From a virus: a stretch of DNA of 64,000 bases. The stretch lies in IMG/VR virus record IMGVR_UViG_3300022752_002834, positions 32,001 to 96,000 of that record; one strand, 5' to 3'. Position numbers and translations under genes: made by a program. Positions within the stretch are counted from its first letter, which is position 1; each line of letters opens with the position of its first letter. This document shows positions 21,092 through 30,175 of the stretch, piece by piece. The notes under the pieces are model-generated. The model searched no databases and was not told where the DNA came from. It saw only the letters and a program-made list of their open reading frames with translations.

Positions 21092-21403
21092 TTAATCTTC
21101 AAAGTCTTGGTTACAGAAATCGAACTCATTAATTCTAAAAACTATTTGATCATCTTCTTTTGAGATATTTTTTGCAGAGGCGTGAACTACTAATTTCGTT
21201 CCTTTGGTGGCATATTTTTCAAGGGTTTCTGCCCCAGTGTGCCAAGCCTCGCAATGTATGTATGTGGGAATTCTATTCTTTTCGCCAGTTTTGGTTTTTC
21301 TATATGTATAGACAACCATTAAAAAATCAGCTTTTACTATGTCACCAGACATAGATATTCTTGGGTTTTCTACAAGATACCCAGTAAACGAACAAATATT
21401 CAT
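21092..21403 (-). CDS. Divergent single-stranded DNA-binding (OB-fold) protein
   Basis: MNICSFTGYLVENP...IHCEAWHTGAETLEKYATKGTKLVVHAS follows the SSB pattern. Confidence 0.75.
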   Translation of the reverse strand: MNICSFTGYLVENPRISMSGDIVKADFLMVVYTYRKTKTGEKNRIPTYIHCEAWHTGAETLEKYATKGTKLVVHASAKNISKEDDQIVFRINEFDFCNQDFED

Positions 21404-21426
21404 CTCAAAAATTCTCCTATCTTAGT

Positions 21427-21456
21427 ATTTTAGATGTAACAAGCTAAAAAAAACAC
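21427..21456 (-). promoter_or_regulatory. Candidate promoter GTGTTT-N18-TAAAAT
   Basis: Intergenic, upstream of the AGGAG RBS of the SSB-like gene and the GT operon. Similar to the elements at 26389 and 58000. Confidence 0.35.
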
Positions 21457-21458
21457 TG

Positions 21459-23021
21459 TCAAGTTTCATGAATTTGTTCAATGATAAAAGACGAGTCATT
21501 ATTATTGACGTATCCACAAAAAATTAGATTATTCCCTTCATAAAGAATGTACTTGTATTTCTCTTTAATTTTGGGGAAAATTATAACACTATCTAAGGTT
21601 GCTGTTTCGTCCTCTATTGTTAAAAAGGACATCATTTGTCCCTTAGATTCACCCTTCTTTATTTTGTAATCCGCAACACGCTGCACGTTTGCTACTATGC
21701 ACAAATTCTTTCCCTTCTTACCGTTCACAACATCTTTGCATGTTGTATTAGCGGCAGATGTATCAGATGTTTCAACTTTTGTCATACTAACTGGACAACC
21801 CAAAAACTTTACTTCTTGATCTATTAACCAAGATGGATCATCTTTCAAGTCATATGGTGGACTATTAAGCAACTGAATTTCATTAAGAATAACTTGTTTT
21901 CTGTCAGCTTTGCTTGTGCCTCCACCCTCTTTTTTTGTTGGTGCTAAGTCGGTTAGAGCCTCTACCAGACTACTCCACTGTTTTTGCTTGTAATTATTTA
22001 CTAACCAAGTATGTTCTGATTTTGTTAAAGATTTGAAGATCTCATAATCATACAAGGCTTTATTTCTTGAAATGCTATCTTTGAATCCACGGAAAAACCC
22101 TATAGATGCTAAAGCTTTAAATGATGCAGAATTTACGCTTGGACTTAGAAATAATAGTATTTCTACCCAAGTCAACTCTTTTGTTTTTTTATTCAAATCC
22201 TTCTTGACTATTTCAAGGCTCTCCACAAAGCTATCACCGGTTTTACCAGTTAATGATTTGATATCTTTTATACCAAAGTAAATTGTATCATTTTTGATAT
22301 TGAATTTATCGTGATAATTTACTATGCTTGGGGTTTTGACCTTAATATCAAATAGCTTTGCTTCTGATATTAGTTCATAAATTTCTTGGTGTGGATCTTG
22401 CTTCTCGTTTGCATAATACAAATAAGACAAGAAGAATTCTTTAGTATTATGAGCTTTATAATATGCACTCCAGTATGAACATACAGCATACGACACGCTG
22501 TGAGACTTATTGAATGCATATCTAGATGACTTTTCTATCCATCCGAATATCTGTTCCGCTTCTTCTTTAGATACTGTTCCAACGCGTTCAGCACCCGCTA
22601 TAAATGATTTCTTGACCTCGTTCATGAGATCAGCCTTTTTCTTTCCAATGGCCTTACGAAGAACGTCAGCCTCTTGTAGATTGAAACCAGCGATCTTTTG
22701 GGCAATACGCATGGACTGTTCTTGATACACAAGAACGCCATAGGTTGACTTCAATATTTCTTCTAATGCTGGATGTAAATAAGTAACTTCTTCCCGACCA
22801 TGTTTTCTATCAACATAGTGCTGTGTCATGCTTTTGCCGTCAACATATGCCTTCAATGTTCCCGGCCTAATGATAGCAATAAGAGCAGACAATTCTTCTA
22901 TGTTTGTTGGTGCTAATTTCTTAGCCCAAGATTTGCCTAGATTACTTTCAAGCTGAAAGATGCCCTTGGTTTTTCCTTCTGCAAATAATTGCCAAGTTAA
23001 CTTATCATTATAGTTCATCAT
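21459..23021 (-). CDS. dnaE: DNA polymerase III alpha subunit, C-terminal half (fingers, HhH, OB)
   Basis: GIFQLES, IRPG, YGVLVYQEQ, ADVLRKAIGKK, YAFNKSH, IYFGIKDIK and a C-terminal OB fold (MMSFLTIEDET). It lacks the PHP and palm domains. Confidence 0.92.
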   Translation of the reverse strand: MMNYNDKLTWQLFAEGKTKGIFQLESNLGKSWAKKLAPTNIEELSALIAIIRPGTLKAYVDGKSMTQHYVDRKHGREEVTYLHPALEEILKSTYGVLVYQEQSMRIAQKIAGFNLQEADVLRKAIGKKKADLMNEVKKSFIAGAERVGTVSKEEAEQIFGWIEKSSRYAFNKSHSVSYAVCSYWSAYYKAHNTKEFFLSYLYYANEKQDPHQEIYELISEAKLFDIKVKTPSIVNYHDKFNIKNDTIYFGIKDIKSLTGKTGDSFVESLEIVKKDLNKKTKELTWVEILLFLSPSVNSASFKALASIGFFRGFKDSISRNKALYDYEIFKSLTKSEHTWLVNNYKQKQWSSLVEALTDLAPTKKEGGGTSKADRKQVILNEIQLLNSPPYDLKDDPSWLIDQEVKFLGCPVSMTKVETSDTSAANTTCKDVVNGKKGKNLCIVANVQRVADYKIKKGESKGQMMSFLTIEDETATLDSVIIFPKIKEKYKYILYEGNNLIFCGYVNNNDSSFIIEQIHET

Positions 23022-23382
23022 TTTGTAAATACTCAATAGCCTTCTGCAATATTACTCTATTGTCCTTAAACGCACCTATTCCCATGTTGCAATTGTGGCA
23101 CAACCATCCTCTGAATTTATTAGTATCATGATTATGATCTAATACCCATCTTGTGCTTTTATTACCTCCACCAGATGATATTTGTTCTTCATTCCTATTA
23201 CATATGGGACACTTATAATTTTCTGGTGGATTACCGTGTTCTTTTCGTAGTTCTTTTCTTTGTTTGCTCAATAAATTGTTGCATCTTTTGCACTCTGGTC
23301 TGAGATAATTACTAGCACTATGTTTACTAAACTCAGAAATTGGCAAATCTTGTTTACATTTATTGCACTTTTTATTTGACAT
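23008..23382 (-). CDS. Endonuclease VII-family HNH endonuclease, likely a free-standing homing endonuclease
   Basis: CPIC...LDHNHDTNKFRGWLCHNCNMGIG, plus an N-terminal CxxC..CxxC domain. Confidence 0.85.
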   Translation of the reverse strand: MSNKKCNKCKQDLPISEFSKHSASNYLRPECKRCNNLLSKQRKELRKEHGNPPENYKCPICNRNEEQISSGGGNKSTRWVLDHNHDTNKFRGWLCHNCNMGIGAFKDNRVILQKAIEYLQNDEL

Positions 23383-24052
23383 ACAAGCCGCCGTTAGCAA
23401 AAGCTTTATCAAAATTCATGTTTTGGTAGATAGCTCTATGAGTTTTCATGAGCTTAATGAATATGTTAGCTTCGTCTTTTACGTCTTGCAATGCGTCGTG
23501 AGCATTTTCTTTACTAAGTCCCATTCTTTCCCTTAATGCATCCATGCTTATAGATTTTACAGATGGATCGCTTTCTGTCCAAGCAAAAATATTATCCATT
23601 ATATCGAACTTATAAACTTTACTGAATAGTTTTTGCTGCCGACGATCCTTATCCCAAGGACCAAATTGTTCACATAGTCTGTTTATAATTATCATATCGA
23701 ATGATATAATGTTAAAACCAACTGGGATCGGATTAAAAAATGCATCGCCCTTCCAATTATACTGTAAAACAAATTTAGAAAATTTATCCCACACAGACTT
23801 TAGTGCCGGTGCTTTTTCAAGAGATTCTCTAGTTTTGTTGGTGATCTTTAATGCTTCGTCCTCTACTGGATCTAAACCAGCGGCTATAGCCTTTTCTTCA
23901 TCAAAGATTGGCTGTATCTCACTGTTAAATTGACCCTTGACAGAAAAGTTTCTTCCATCTAATGCCAATGCTGCGATCTGCGTTGGTTGAGTCTTGTGTG
24001 GATTGCGTGATCCCGTTTCAAAATCGAACACGACAAAATCTCTTGTAGCCAT
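23372..24052 (-). CDS. DEDDh 3'-5' exonuclease (DnaQ/epsilon-like)
   Basis: ExoI FDFETG, ExoII GFNIISFD and ExoIII HDALQD are all intact. Confidence 0.9.
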   Translation of the reverse strand: MATRDFVVFDFETGSRNPHKTQPTQIAALALDGRNFSVKGQFNSEIQPIFDEEKAIAAGLDPVEDEALKITNKTRESLEKAPALKSVWDKFSKFVLQYNWKGDAFFNPIPVGFNIISFDMIIINRLCEQFGPWDKDRRQQKLFSKVYKFDIMDNIFAWTESDPSVKSISMDALRERMGLSKENAHDALQDVKDEANIFIKLMKTHRAIYQNMNFDKAFANGGLYVK

Positions 24053-24057
24053 ATTGT

Positions 24058-24675
24058 TTATCCTATCTTTCTATCCAAATGTGTTAATGTTTGATATATA
24101 TCTGATTTTTGATTTTGCAATACAATGGCCTCGCAAAAATCTAAAAACTCTCTCTCGCCCATATTTCCCTTCATAATATTAACTCTTTTATGCACCCATT
24201 GAACATTTCCCTCTATATAAGGTAGCGACGGATCAATTCTGTCTAGCGATGCGTTAGCCTGTCCCATTCTATGTTCTAGATTGTTTCTTGAGAAGAACAA
24301 AAGTAATCCTGTGTATTTACATTTTCTATCTTGACTTAAAAATAATTCCCATATATATTCATTGGTTACATGGTAATCAATTTTCCTTTTTCTTGCTCCA
24401 GCCTTAATAGAAGATAAAAAAGCCCCCTGCATCTCTTTGTGTCCCGTATATTTAGGATTTTCTTCCCCACTAAGATAACATTTCTTTTTTCTAAATTTTA
24501 CGCCATTAGATTTTAATATCTTCTGAATTTTCTTTGGGTATGAATTCAACTCTATTGCTATCGCTCTTGGGCTTTTACCATTCTTATATTGTTCTATTAT
24601 ATATGTATGGTCTAAGTCTTGTGCAAATTTTTTATCCGGTAAGAATCTTCCCTTATCGTTTCTTTTTAGTGTCAT
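24058..24675 (-). CDS. Putative free-standing HNH homing endonuclease
   Basis: HTH, then Q..KCKYTG...ASLDRIDPSLPYIEGNVQWVHKRVNIMK. AGGAG RBS before MTLKR. Confidence 0.8.
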   Translation of the reverse strand: MTLKRNDKGRFLPDKKFAQDLDHTYIIEQYKNGKSPRAIAIELNSYPKKIQKILKSNGVKFRKKKCYLSGEENPKYTGHKEMQGAFLSSIKAGARKRKIDYHVTNEYIWELFLSQDRKCKYTGLLLFFSRNNLEHRMGQANASLDRIDPSLPYIEGNVQWVHKRVNIMKGNMGEREFLDFCEAIVLQNQKSDIYQTLTHLDRKIG

Positions 24676-24710
24676 TTTATTCTCCTTGTTTAAGACCTGT
24701 CTCAATGTCT

Positions 24711-24717
24711 TATACAC
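24711..24717 (-). promoter_or_regulatory. Candidate late-promoter motif GTGTATA
   Basis: Lies in the short gap between the dnaE-N stop and the HNH gene RBS. Confidence 0.4.
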
Positions 24718-24726
24718 GGAAATATT

Positions 24727-26355
24727 TTAAAACTGGTTAATATGTTGTTTATCTTTGATATACATAATTTTATCAAGCAAATTGATTCCTAGAATATCAA
24801 ATTTCACATGACCAAGAGCCTCTAAATCTGACATTTCTAATCCGGCTATCTTTTCGCCCGATCCCCTTTGATTCACCATTGGACATACATTACTTAATTT
24901 ATTTGCTGAAATAACAATACCAGCAGCGTGTTTTCCTTGGGTTTTAAAAGTACCCTCTATATCTATTGCTTGTTGAAAGTATTCAGCATACTCACCATCT
25001 AGTCTTCCATCGTCATTAATATAACAAAAATCTCTTAACTCATCAGCATTGTTGATTAACGCCCAGCGTATGATAGATCTTTCGTCATCTTCCATGTCTG
25101 CCAACTGGTCAGAAATTTCTGCTTCATTAGGTATTGATTTAGTTATAGCATTCATTTCTGCAAAAGAACAGGCTTCATGTATTCTCAATACTTCCTTGAT
25201 AGCACTTCTTCCTTGCAATCTACCAAATGTGATCATTTGACTAACATGATCTTTTCCATACTTATTTTTTAAATAGGCTATAACTTCATCCCTTTTGTTA
25301 CCCGGAACGTCCATATCTATATCTGGTAGCGATATATGATCTTGTGTATTTCTTCCAGCGTTGTAGAATCTTGCAAATAGTAAATCATATTCTAGAGGAT
25401 CTATCTTAGTAACACCAATAAGATATGAGATTAGACATCCCGCAGCACTTCCTCTTCCCGGTCCAGACAACCAACCCATATCATTTACATATTTGATAAT
25501 GTCTTGAACTATCAAGAAATATCCGAATAGATTAGCACTCTTAATAATATCAAACTCTTCTTTGAATCTATCTAGGTATTTTTGCTTATCTTCTTCTGTC
25601 GATACTTTATCCTGCGATATTAAGAGTGTTCTCCATCCTTCTCTGCATAGTTCTTTTAGATATTCTTCTTCTGACTGATTGTTAGGACATTGAAACTTTG
25701 GAAGAATCGGTTTACTCAAGATATTATAGTCTTCGCATTGGTTATATATTGATTCTAGTTCTGCTGTATTTAAGTTCTTAGACTCGTCTTTGTTTAAAAC
25801 ATAAAAGTTATCTTGCATAAAGTACACAAGCTTATCCATATGTTCTTGAGGATATTTTGAATCTACGCTTACACCGCCAAGACGATCTGGTTTTATTGTT
25901 TTTTGAATCTTAGTTAGCGTTGTCTTCATGTCTGAACACAATAAAATTCTATGCAGTTTAGCGTCTTTCTTTTCTGCATAATAACTGTGTGGAATATCTT
26001 TTGATGATGAAGAACTAAGTTTGATCAAATTATTTCTAGACAAGGTTTTATCCAAAAAATCTTTTGCAAGTTCTCCATTTTCATCCAAAGACGAAACTAA
26101 AGAAATTAGATCGTTCCAACCACTCTTATTCTTTGCAAAAAGAGTAAAATTATCAAATGAGCATCCTATGATTGGCTTGATGCCAACCTTTTTACATGCT
26201 TGATAAAACGATACAGCTCCAGATATTGTCTTATAATCGCAAATACCACAAGCTACATATCCGTTGTCCTTGCACTTAGCAGCAAGCTCTTCTGGCTTAG
26301 AAAAACCACGCAATAGACTATAATGTGTAAAATTTTTCAATGGAAACCAAGACAT
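24727..26355 (-). CDS. dnaE: DNA polymerase III alpha subunit, N-terminal half (degenerate PHP + palm/thumb)
   Basis: THYSLLRG, GIKPIIG, GYFLIVQD, GPGRGSAAG, LLFARFYN, catalytic PDIDMD, GKHAAG and VKFDILG. The ORF stops about 20 aa after the third catalytic Asp. Confidence 0.93.
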   Translation of the reverse strand: MSWFPLKNFTHYSLLRGFSKPEELAAKCKDNGYVACGICDYKTISGAVSFYQACKKVGIKPIIGCSFDNFTLFAKNKSGWNDLISLVSSLDENGELAKDFLDKTLSRNNLIKLSSSSSKDIPHSYYAEKKDAKLHRILLCSDMKTTLTKIQKTIKPDRLGGVSVDSKYPQEHMDKLVYFMQDNFYVLNKDESKNLNTAELESIYNQCEDYNILSKPILPKFQCPNNQSEEEYLKELCREGWRTLLISQDKVSTEEDKQKYLDRFKEEFDIIKSANLFGYFLIVQDIIKYVNDMGWLSGPGRGSAAGCLISYLIGVTKIDPLEYDLLFARFYNAGRNTQDHISLPDIDMDVPGNKRDEVIAYLKNKYGKDHVSQMITFGRLQGRSAIKEVLRIHEACSFAEMNAITKSIPNEAEISDQLADMEDDERSIIRWALINNADELRDFCYINDDGRLDGEYAEYFQQAIDIEGTFKTQGKHAAGIVISANKLSNVCPMVNQRGSGEKIAGLEMSDLEALGHVKFDILGINLLDKIMYIKDKQHINQF

Positions 26356-26388
26356 ATATTTTCCTCGCAACTAGAACTCAATCAATCT

Positions 26389-26417
26389 ATTATATCAACG
26401 TTAAGCCAAGAAAACAA
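26389..26417 (-). promoter_or_regulatory. Candidate promoter TTGTTT-N17-TATAAT with extended -10 (TGn)
   Basis: Intergenic, about 35 nt upstream of the dnaE-N ATG. Confidence 0.5.
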
Positions 26418-26444
26418 TGGTGGGCAGTGTCACCCACCAGTGTT
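26413..26444 (-). terminator. Intrinsic terminator
   Basis: AACACTGGTGGG-TGACACTG-CCCACCATTGTTTTCTT, directly after the 26455 ORF stop. Confidence 0.7.
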
Positions 26445-26454
26445 CTCTATACTA

Positions 26455-26748
26455 TCAACCATTTAATCCAAGTTGTTCTTTACTAGCCTTTGGTAAAGCG
26501 GCAACAAACTCTGGACCCTTGCTTTTGCACTTGTTATAAAGCTTTTTTAGAAATGCTTCGTAACTCATATTGCCTTTCATGCGTCCAAAATTACTAATAG
26601 CATCTTTTACATCTTGTGGAGTTACTATGGGAAATGATCTATCTTCTGGAAAAAGAAAATCACTATCCTTTAGTTCATTGCGTTTCTTACCTTTGTAAGT
26701 TTTTTGATAGGCGTATAAATCTTCTACATCTTGATTAATTTTATTCAT
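26455..26748 (-). CDS. Small basic phage protein (DUF6582-like)
   Basis: RNELKDSDFLFPEDRSFPIVTPQDVKDAISNFGR motif. Confidence 0.6.
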   Translation of the reverse strand: MNKINQDVEDLYAYQKTYKGKKRNELKDSDFLFPEDRSFPIVTPQDVKDAISNFGRMKGNMSYEAFLKKLYNKCKSKGPEFVAALPKASKEQLGLNG

Positions 26749-27181
26749 TATTAGTCTCCGTGTCAGTTAATGGACCGCCAGTTATCCAAGCATCACAAGT
26801 TCTTGATCCAGCACATTTGAAATCAAATAATTCACAATATCCAAGATTTGCTTCACTAACAATTTCTTTAGATATTATCTCTTCATCTATTAATGTGGAT
26901 GCTATTCCCTTTTCTATACATTCTATCATTTTTTCTTTGATTACAAATGCGGCGCAGTTTGAACACCGCATTGTTTTAGCTTCTTCTAACGAAGTTTTAA
27001 ACAAGTCTGCTTTCGCTTGCCAAAAATCATCATTAGATAAATCTGGATTTGCTGGTCCATAGTTTGCCTTATCTACACAAATTTTTCTATTAGCTAGATT
27101 TAGACTAATATCTTGTGTTGCTTGTGGACACTCTATGCGAGCTTTAACTTGTTCAAATAATTCTTTTGTTCTGTCTACCAT
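26741..27181 (-). CDS. Cys-rich conserved phage protein, possibly metal-binding
   Basis: CPQATQD, YGPANP and RCSNCAAF...GYCELFDFKCAGSRTCDAW. Confidence 0.6.
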   Translation of the reverse strand: MVDRTKELFEQVKARIECPQATQDISLNLANRKICVDKANYGPANPDLSNDDFWQAKADLFKTSLEEAKTMRCSNCAAFVIKEKMIECIEKGIASTLIDEEIISKEIVSEANLGYCELFDFKCAGSRTCDAWITGGPLTDTETNNE

Positions 27182-27182
27182 A

Positions 27183-27254
27183 TTACACCTGTAATGATAA
27201 AAAGTTGTCTAGACCCATTTGTTCAATTAGTTTATTCATTGATTTATGTAACAT
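27183..27254 (-). CDS. Putative 23-aa micro-protein MLHKSMNKLIEQMGLDNFLSLQV
   Basis: Below the ORF-track cutoff. GGAG RBS 6 nt before the ATG. It fills the gap, and its TAA sits 1 nt before the next ATG. Confidence 0.5.
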   Translation of the reverse strand: MLHKSMNKLIEQMGLDNFLSLQV

Positions 27255-27276
27255 TGTTTTCTCCATTAAAAGTAAT

Positions 27277-28290
27277 TTACCAAGATTTACAAGCCCAATA
27301 ACGAGCCTTCCATTTTGGGCCGGGATTATCGCAGTTGTGTCTAGCCCTAAAGCTCTTTCTTCTTTCTGGAATGTTCTTTTTGATTTTCATATTTGGGTCA
27401 CCAAATCTTACTATAACAACATTGCCACTCTCATTCTTAACATATACGGCGAACTTCTTAGGACCATCAGAAGTTCTAAATGGTTTATTGAGCGTTACCT
27501 TACGTCCTTGATATTCAGAAGCTTCACCAACATATGTTAATCGCCTACCATCTTTTTCGTAAATTCCTTGACGTTTATAATTATATACTTCTCCAGTTTT
27601 TGGATCTTCGTATTTGAAGCCAGCATCAGACTCAGGCTCTTCTATCTCTAATTCTGATGGCTCTTCAACTTCTTCTGGAGTATATTCGTCTTCATACTTA
27701 CCGGGTTCGTAGTACTTTACAAAGTCATAAACATTCTGAATGTATATTTCGGCTTTAGAAATCATGTCCTTTGTCCAATCTTGGAATTCTACAGACAAAG
27801 ACATTCCCTTTAATCTCATTATGATTTCCATCAACTGATCATGCATTTTTTGGATTTGTTCTAATGCCATTTCATCGCCATCATCAGACTGAGCTTTTTT
27901 CCAAGCTTCTTTACTTGGTCTGTCTGGATCTCCCGGCTTGGCTGGCTTATAATTCTTACCTTCGCGTTCTCTTTTCTTTCTAATATTATCCCATAGTCCC
28001 GGCTTCTCACCAGCAACGTCCCACTCTTCTGTTTCTTCGCCAAAATCCTCGTACTCTGCTTCAGAAGGAACATAAAAATTGTCTTCTGTTAGTTCTTCGG
28101 CGTAGCCAGCTTCCATTTGTAATTCAAAATCAGCAGATTCTACACAATCACAATCTGCCGTGGCTTGACCAATACATATAGCAACTCTTTGCTTTTGATC
28201 TGGATAATCCTTTTTCATTGTTTCATTACCCATGCAGCGGGATACGAAAGCGTCCTTTTGTTCATCTTTTCGTCTATTAGGAATTGGCAT
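27277..28290 (-). CDS. Modular protein of small basic domains joined by acidic linkers (C-terminal DUF6321-like), a possible internal head protein
   Basis: Modules FVSRCM..QRVAIC, GLWDNIRKKR..DRPSKEAWKKA, EMALEQI..W...ISKA and LNKPFRT..KKFAVYVK..VRFGDPNM..RRKSFRARHNC..RYWAC. Confidence 0.6.
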   Translation of the reverse strand: MPIPNRRKDEQKDAFVSRCMGNETMKKDYPDQKQRVAICIGQATADCDCVESADFELQMEAGYAEELTEDNFYVPSEAEYEDFGEETEEWDVAGEKPGLWDNIRKKREREGKNYKPAKPGDPDRPSKEAWKKAQSDDGDEMALEQIQKMHDQLMEIIMRLKGMSLSVEFQDWTKDMISKAEIYIQNVYDFVKYYEPGKYEDEYTPEEVEEPSELEIEEPESDAGFKYEDPKTGEVYNYKRQGIYEKDGRRLTYVGEASEYQGRKVTLNKPFRTSDGPKKFAVYVKNESGNVVIVRFGDPNMKIKKNIPERRKSFRARHNCDNPGPKWKARYWACKSW

Positions 28291-29152
28291 GATGTTCTCC
28301 ACTGTTAAAGATTAATGTCTTAGCTTCTTCGAATATATTGTTCATACTCCATTCTGGAATTCTACTTTGAAAATGATTCTTTATATCTTGTATCATTTGG
28401 TGATTTGGATCTTGTGTTATTTCCATCCACCCAATAAAATAGTTCCAGATTCTATCTTCTAATACTAGTCGATACTTTACGCCATTTGGGCGACTAAATC
28501 TATGATTCCATTTCAATTGTGGCAAGCATATATTTTTACCACCCCATTGTCTAAATTTTTCTGCTATATAGCCCTCTTCTCCACCGAATCCTTTAAAATT
28601 TGTATTTATGCCCTTCCAAGCAGATTTTTTAAAAGATAACAAACCCATTCCCTGCATTGGAATTTCAAAAGGCTTACATGCATTGTAAGATTGGGCGTCT
28701 GTAGCCCATATTCCATACATATCTCCACGCCAAACTGGATCAAAGTGCGTAGAATAATGCTTTAAATCATCATACCACAATGGACCTTGAACTAAGTCTT
28801 TGCACGGGTAATGATGCTCAAAATAGGATAAGAGATTATTGATACCATTATCTTGAATAAGAACATGGCAATCTATTATAAGTACATACTCCCCGTCAGA
28901 ATACTCCACAATATCATACTTATTGAAAGATGACTGTCTCTTTTTATATGGTATGTATTTTCCACGTACAGCATTTTCTACAAACTTTTTGCACTCTTTA
29001 CCATGTTGTCCATCTGGATTGCTATCTAATACTATAAACTCAACAGCATCTTTATCCGCACATATTGGGTGATACATTCTCAATGATTGTATGGAGAAAA
29101 ATACTCCATCATAATCATCATAAGTCGCCATGCCTATTGTCAATTTTTTCAT
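28277..29152 (-). CDS. Glycosyltransferase, GT2 family
   Basis: LTIGMATYDD, FIVLD, LIIDCH and GFGGEEGY. Confidence 0.8.
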   Translation of the reverse strand: MKKLTIGMATYDDYDGVFFSIQSLRMYHPICADKDAVEFIVLDSNPDGQHGKECKKFVENAVRGKYIPYKKRQSSFNKYDIVEYSDGEYVLIIDCHVLIQDNGINNLLSYFEHHYPCKDLVQGPLWYDDLKHYSTHFDPVWRGDMYGIWATDAQSYNACKPFEIPMQGMGLLSFKKSAWKGINTNFKGFGGEEGYIAEKFRQWGGKNICLPQLKWNHRFSRPNGVKYRLVLEDRIWNYFIGWMEITQDPNHQMIQDIKNHFQSRIPEWSMNNIFEEAKTLIFNSGEHHANS

Positions 29153-29154
29153 GT

Positions 29155-30174
29155 TTAACCCGGTGCAGAATAAAAGCCTATATCAAATCCGGGTTTGGTG
29201 CATTGTTTTATAGCTTCATCCATACCCTTGGTTTTAAGTACGTTCTCTATATGTATACACATATTGGTGTCTGTTCCCGGCCAGTTATTCTTGCAATAAT
29301 GGCACAATTTAGTGCATTTCCAGCCCTGTCTATCTTCTGATATTGGTTTTGGAGTATTATTTTTCTGTATGTCTTTGAACCTCTCTTTTAGCATATTTAG
29401 GAATCTAGACTCATCTGCTTTGTCAAAACACATAGAAAATGGTCCACCATCCTTAATAAAGAAAATGCTCATTATAGACTGTTTGTATTCTGGAAATAAT
29501 TTTGATATTGCATAGTTGTATAGCAAAAGCTGTGGATCTGAACATAACTTTTCATATGTTTTTTCCTCGCCCGTAGCCCAATCAAGCCTTCTGCCAGTTT
29601 TCCAATCGATTACTTCTATAATACCATCAGAAGACTCTGTAACTAAGTCTATAGTACCCTTGATTGCTAACTGACCTTTAATCATCTTACCATTTACTTC
29701 ATATTCATAAAACGCCCAATCTTCATCTATCGGTATATCGAAATGTGGCTCTGCTGCAACTATCTTTCTATACCTTGGATCAAACTGACCATCATTATAT
29801 GATAGAGTGTCCCAAACGAGTTTCAAACAATCATTTTGATCAGCTTTGGAGAAACTGTTTTTTGATTCGGATGTATAAAAATTGTAACTTTTCTGCAAAA
29901 GCTCGTCTATGAACTTAGCTGTATACAGTTCTGATTTTTTGATATTAATCTCACCAACAGCCTCGTCTTGAATACATAGTTTTAGTTTTTTAGGATTATC
30001 TTGTGCGAACTTCTTTAGTTTTGCTAAGACTTCCATCACTTTATGGACTATGGTTCCAAGCTCTGCCTTTTTACCACTATCTGATTGATGACCAAGTACG
30101 TATGTAATAAAGTACTGCATTTGGCAGTATGCATAATTATTATAACTAGATGATCTTATGTATGTTACTAGCAT
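29155..30174 (-). CDS. Cas4/AddB-like PD-(D/E)XK exonuclease
   Basis: SSY..Y..C, GTIVHKVME, GTIDLV...IDWKTG, QLLLY and a C-terminal CTKLCHYC Cys cluster. Confidence 0.85.
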   Translation of the reverse strand: MLVTYIRSSSYNNYAYCQMQYFITYVLGHQSDSGKKAELGTIVHKVMEVLAKLKKFAQDNPKKLKLCIQDEAVGEINIKKSELYTAKFIDELLQKSYNFYTSESKNSFSKADQNDCLKLVWDTLSYNDGQFDPRYRKIVAAEPHFDIPIDEDWAFYEYEVNGKMIKGQLAIKGTIDLVTESSDGIIEVIDWKTGRRLDWATGEEKTYEKLCSDPQLLLYNYAISKLFPEYKQSIMSIFFIKDGGPFSMCFDKADESRFLNMLKERFKDIQKNNTPKPISEDRQGWKCTKLCHYCKNNWPGTDTNMCIHIENVLKTKGMDEAIKQCTKPGFDIGFYSAPG

Positions 30175-30175
30175 A

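Noticed and set aside
23008-24727. Group I intron, split intein or frameshift joining the dnaE halves
   Set aside because: No intein terminal residues, no recognisable intron core and no in-frame slippery heptamer. The gap is filled by three ordinary coupled genes, including an exonuclease.
29155-30174. CRISPR-Cas locus
   Set aside because: A solo Cas4-like nuclease in a replication context, with no array or other cas genes.
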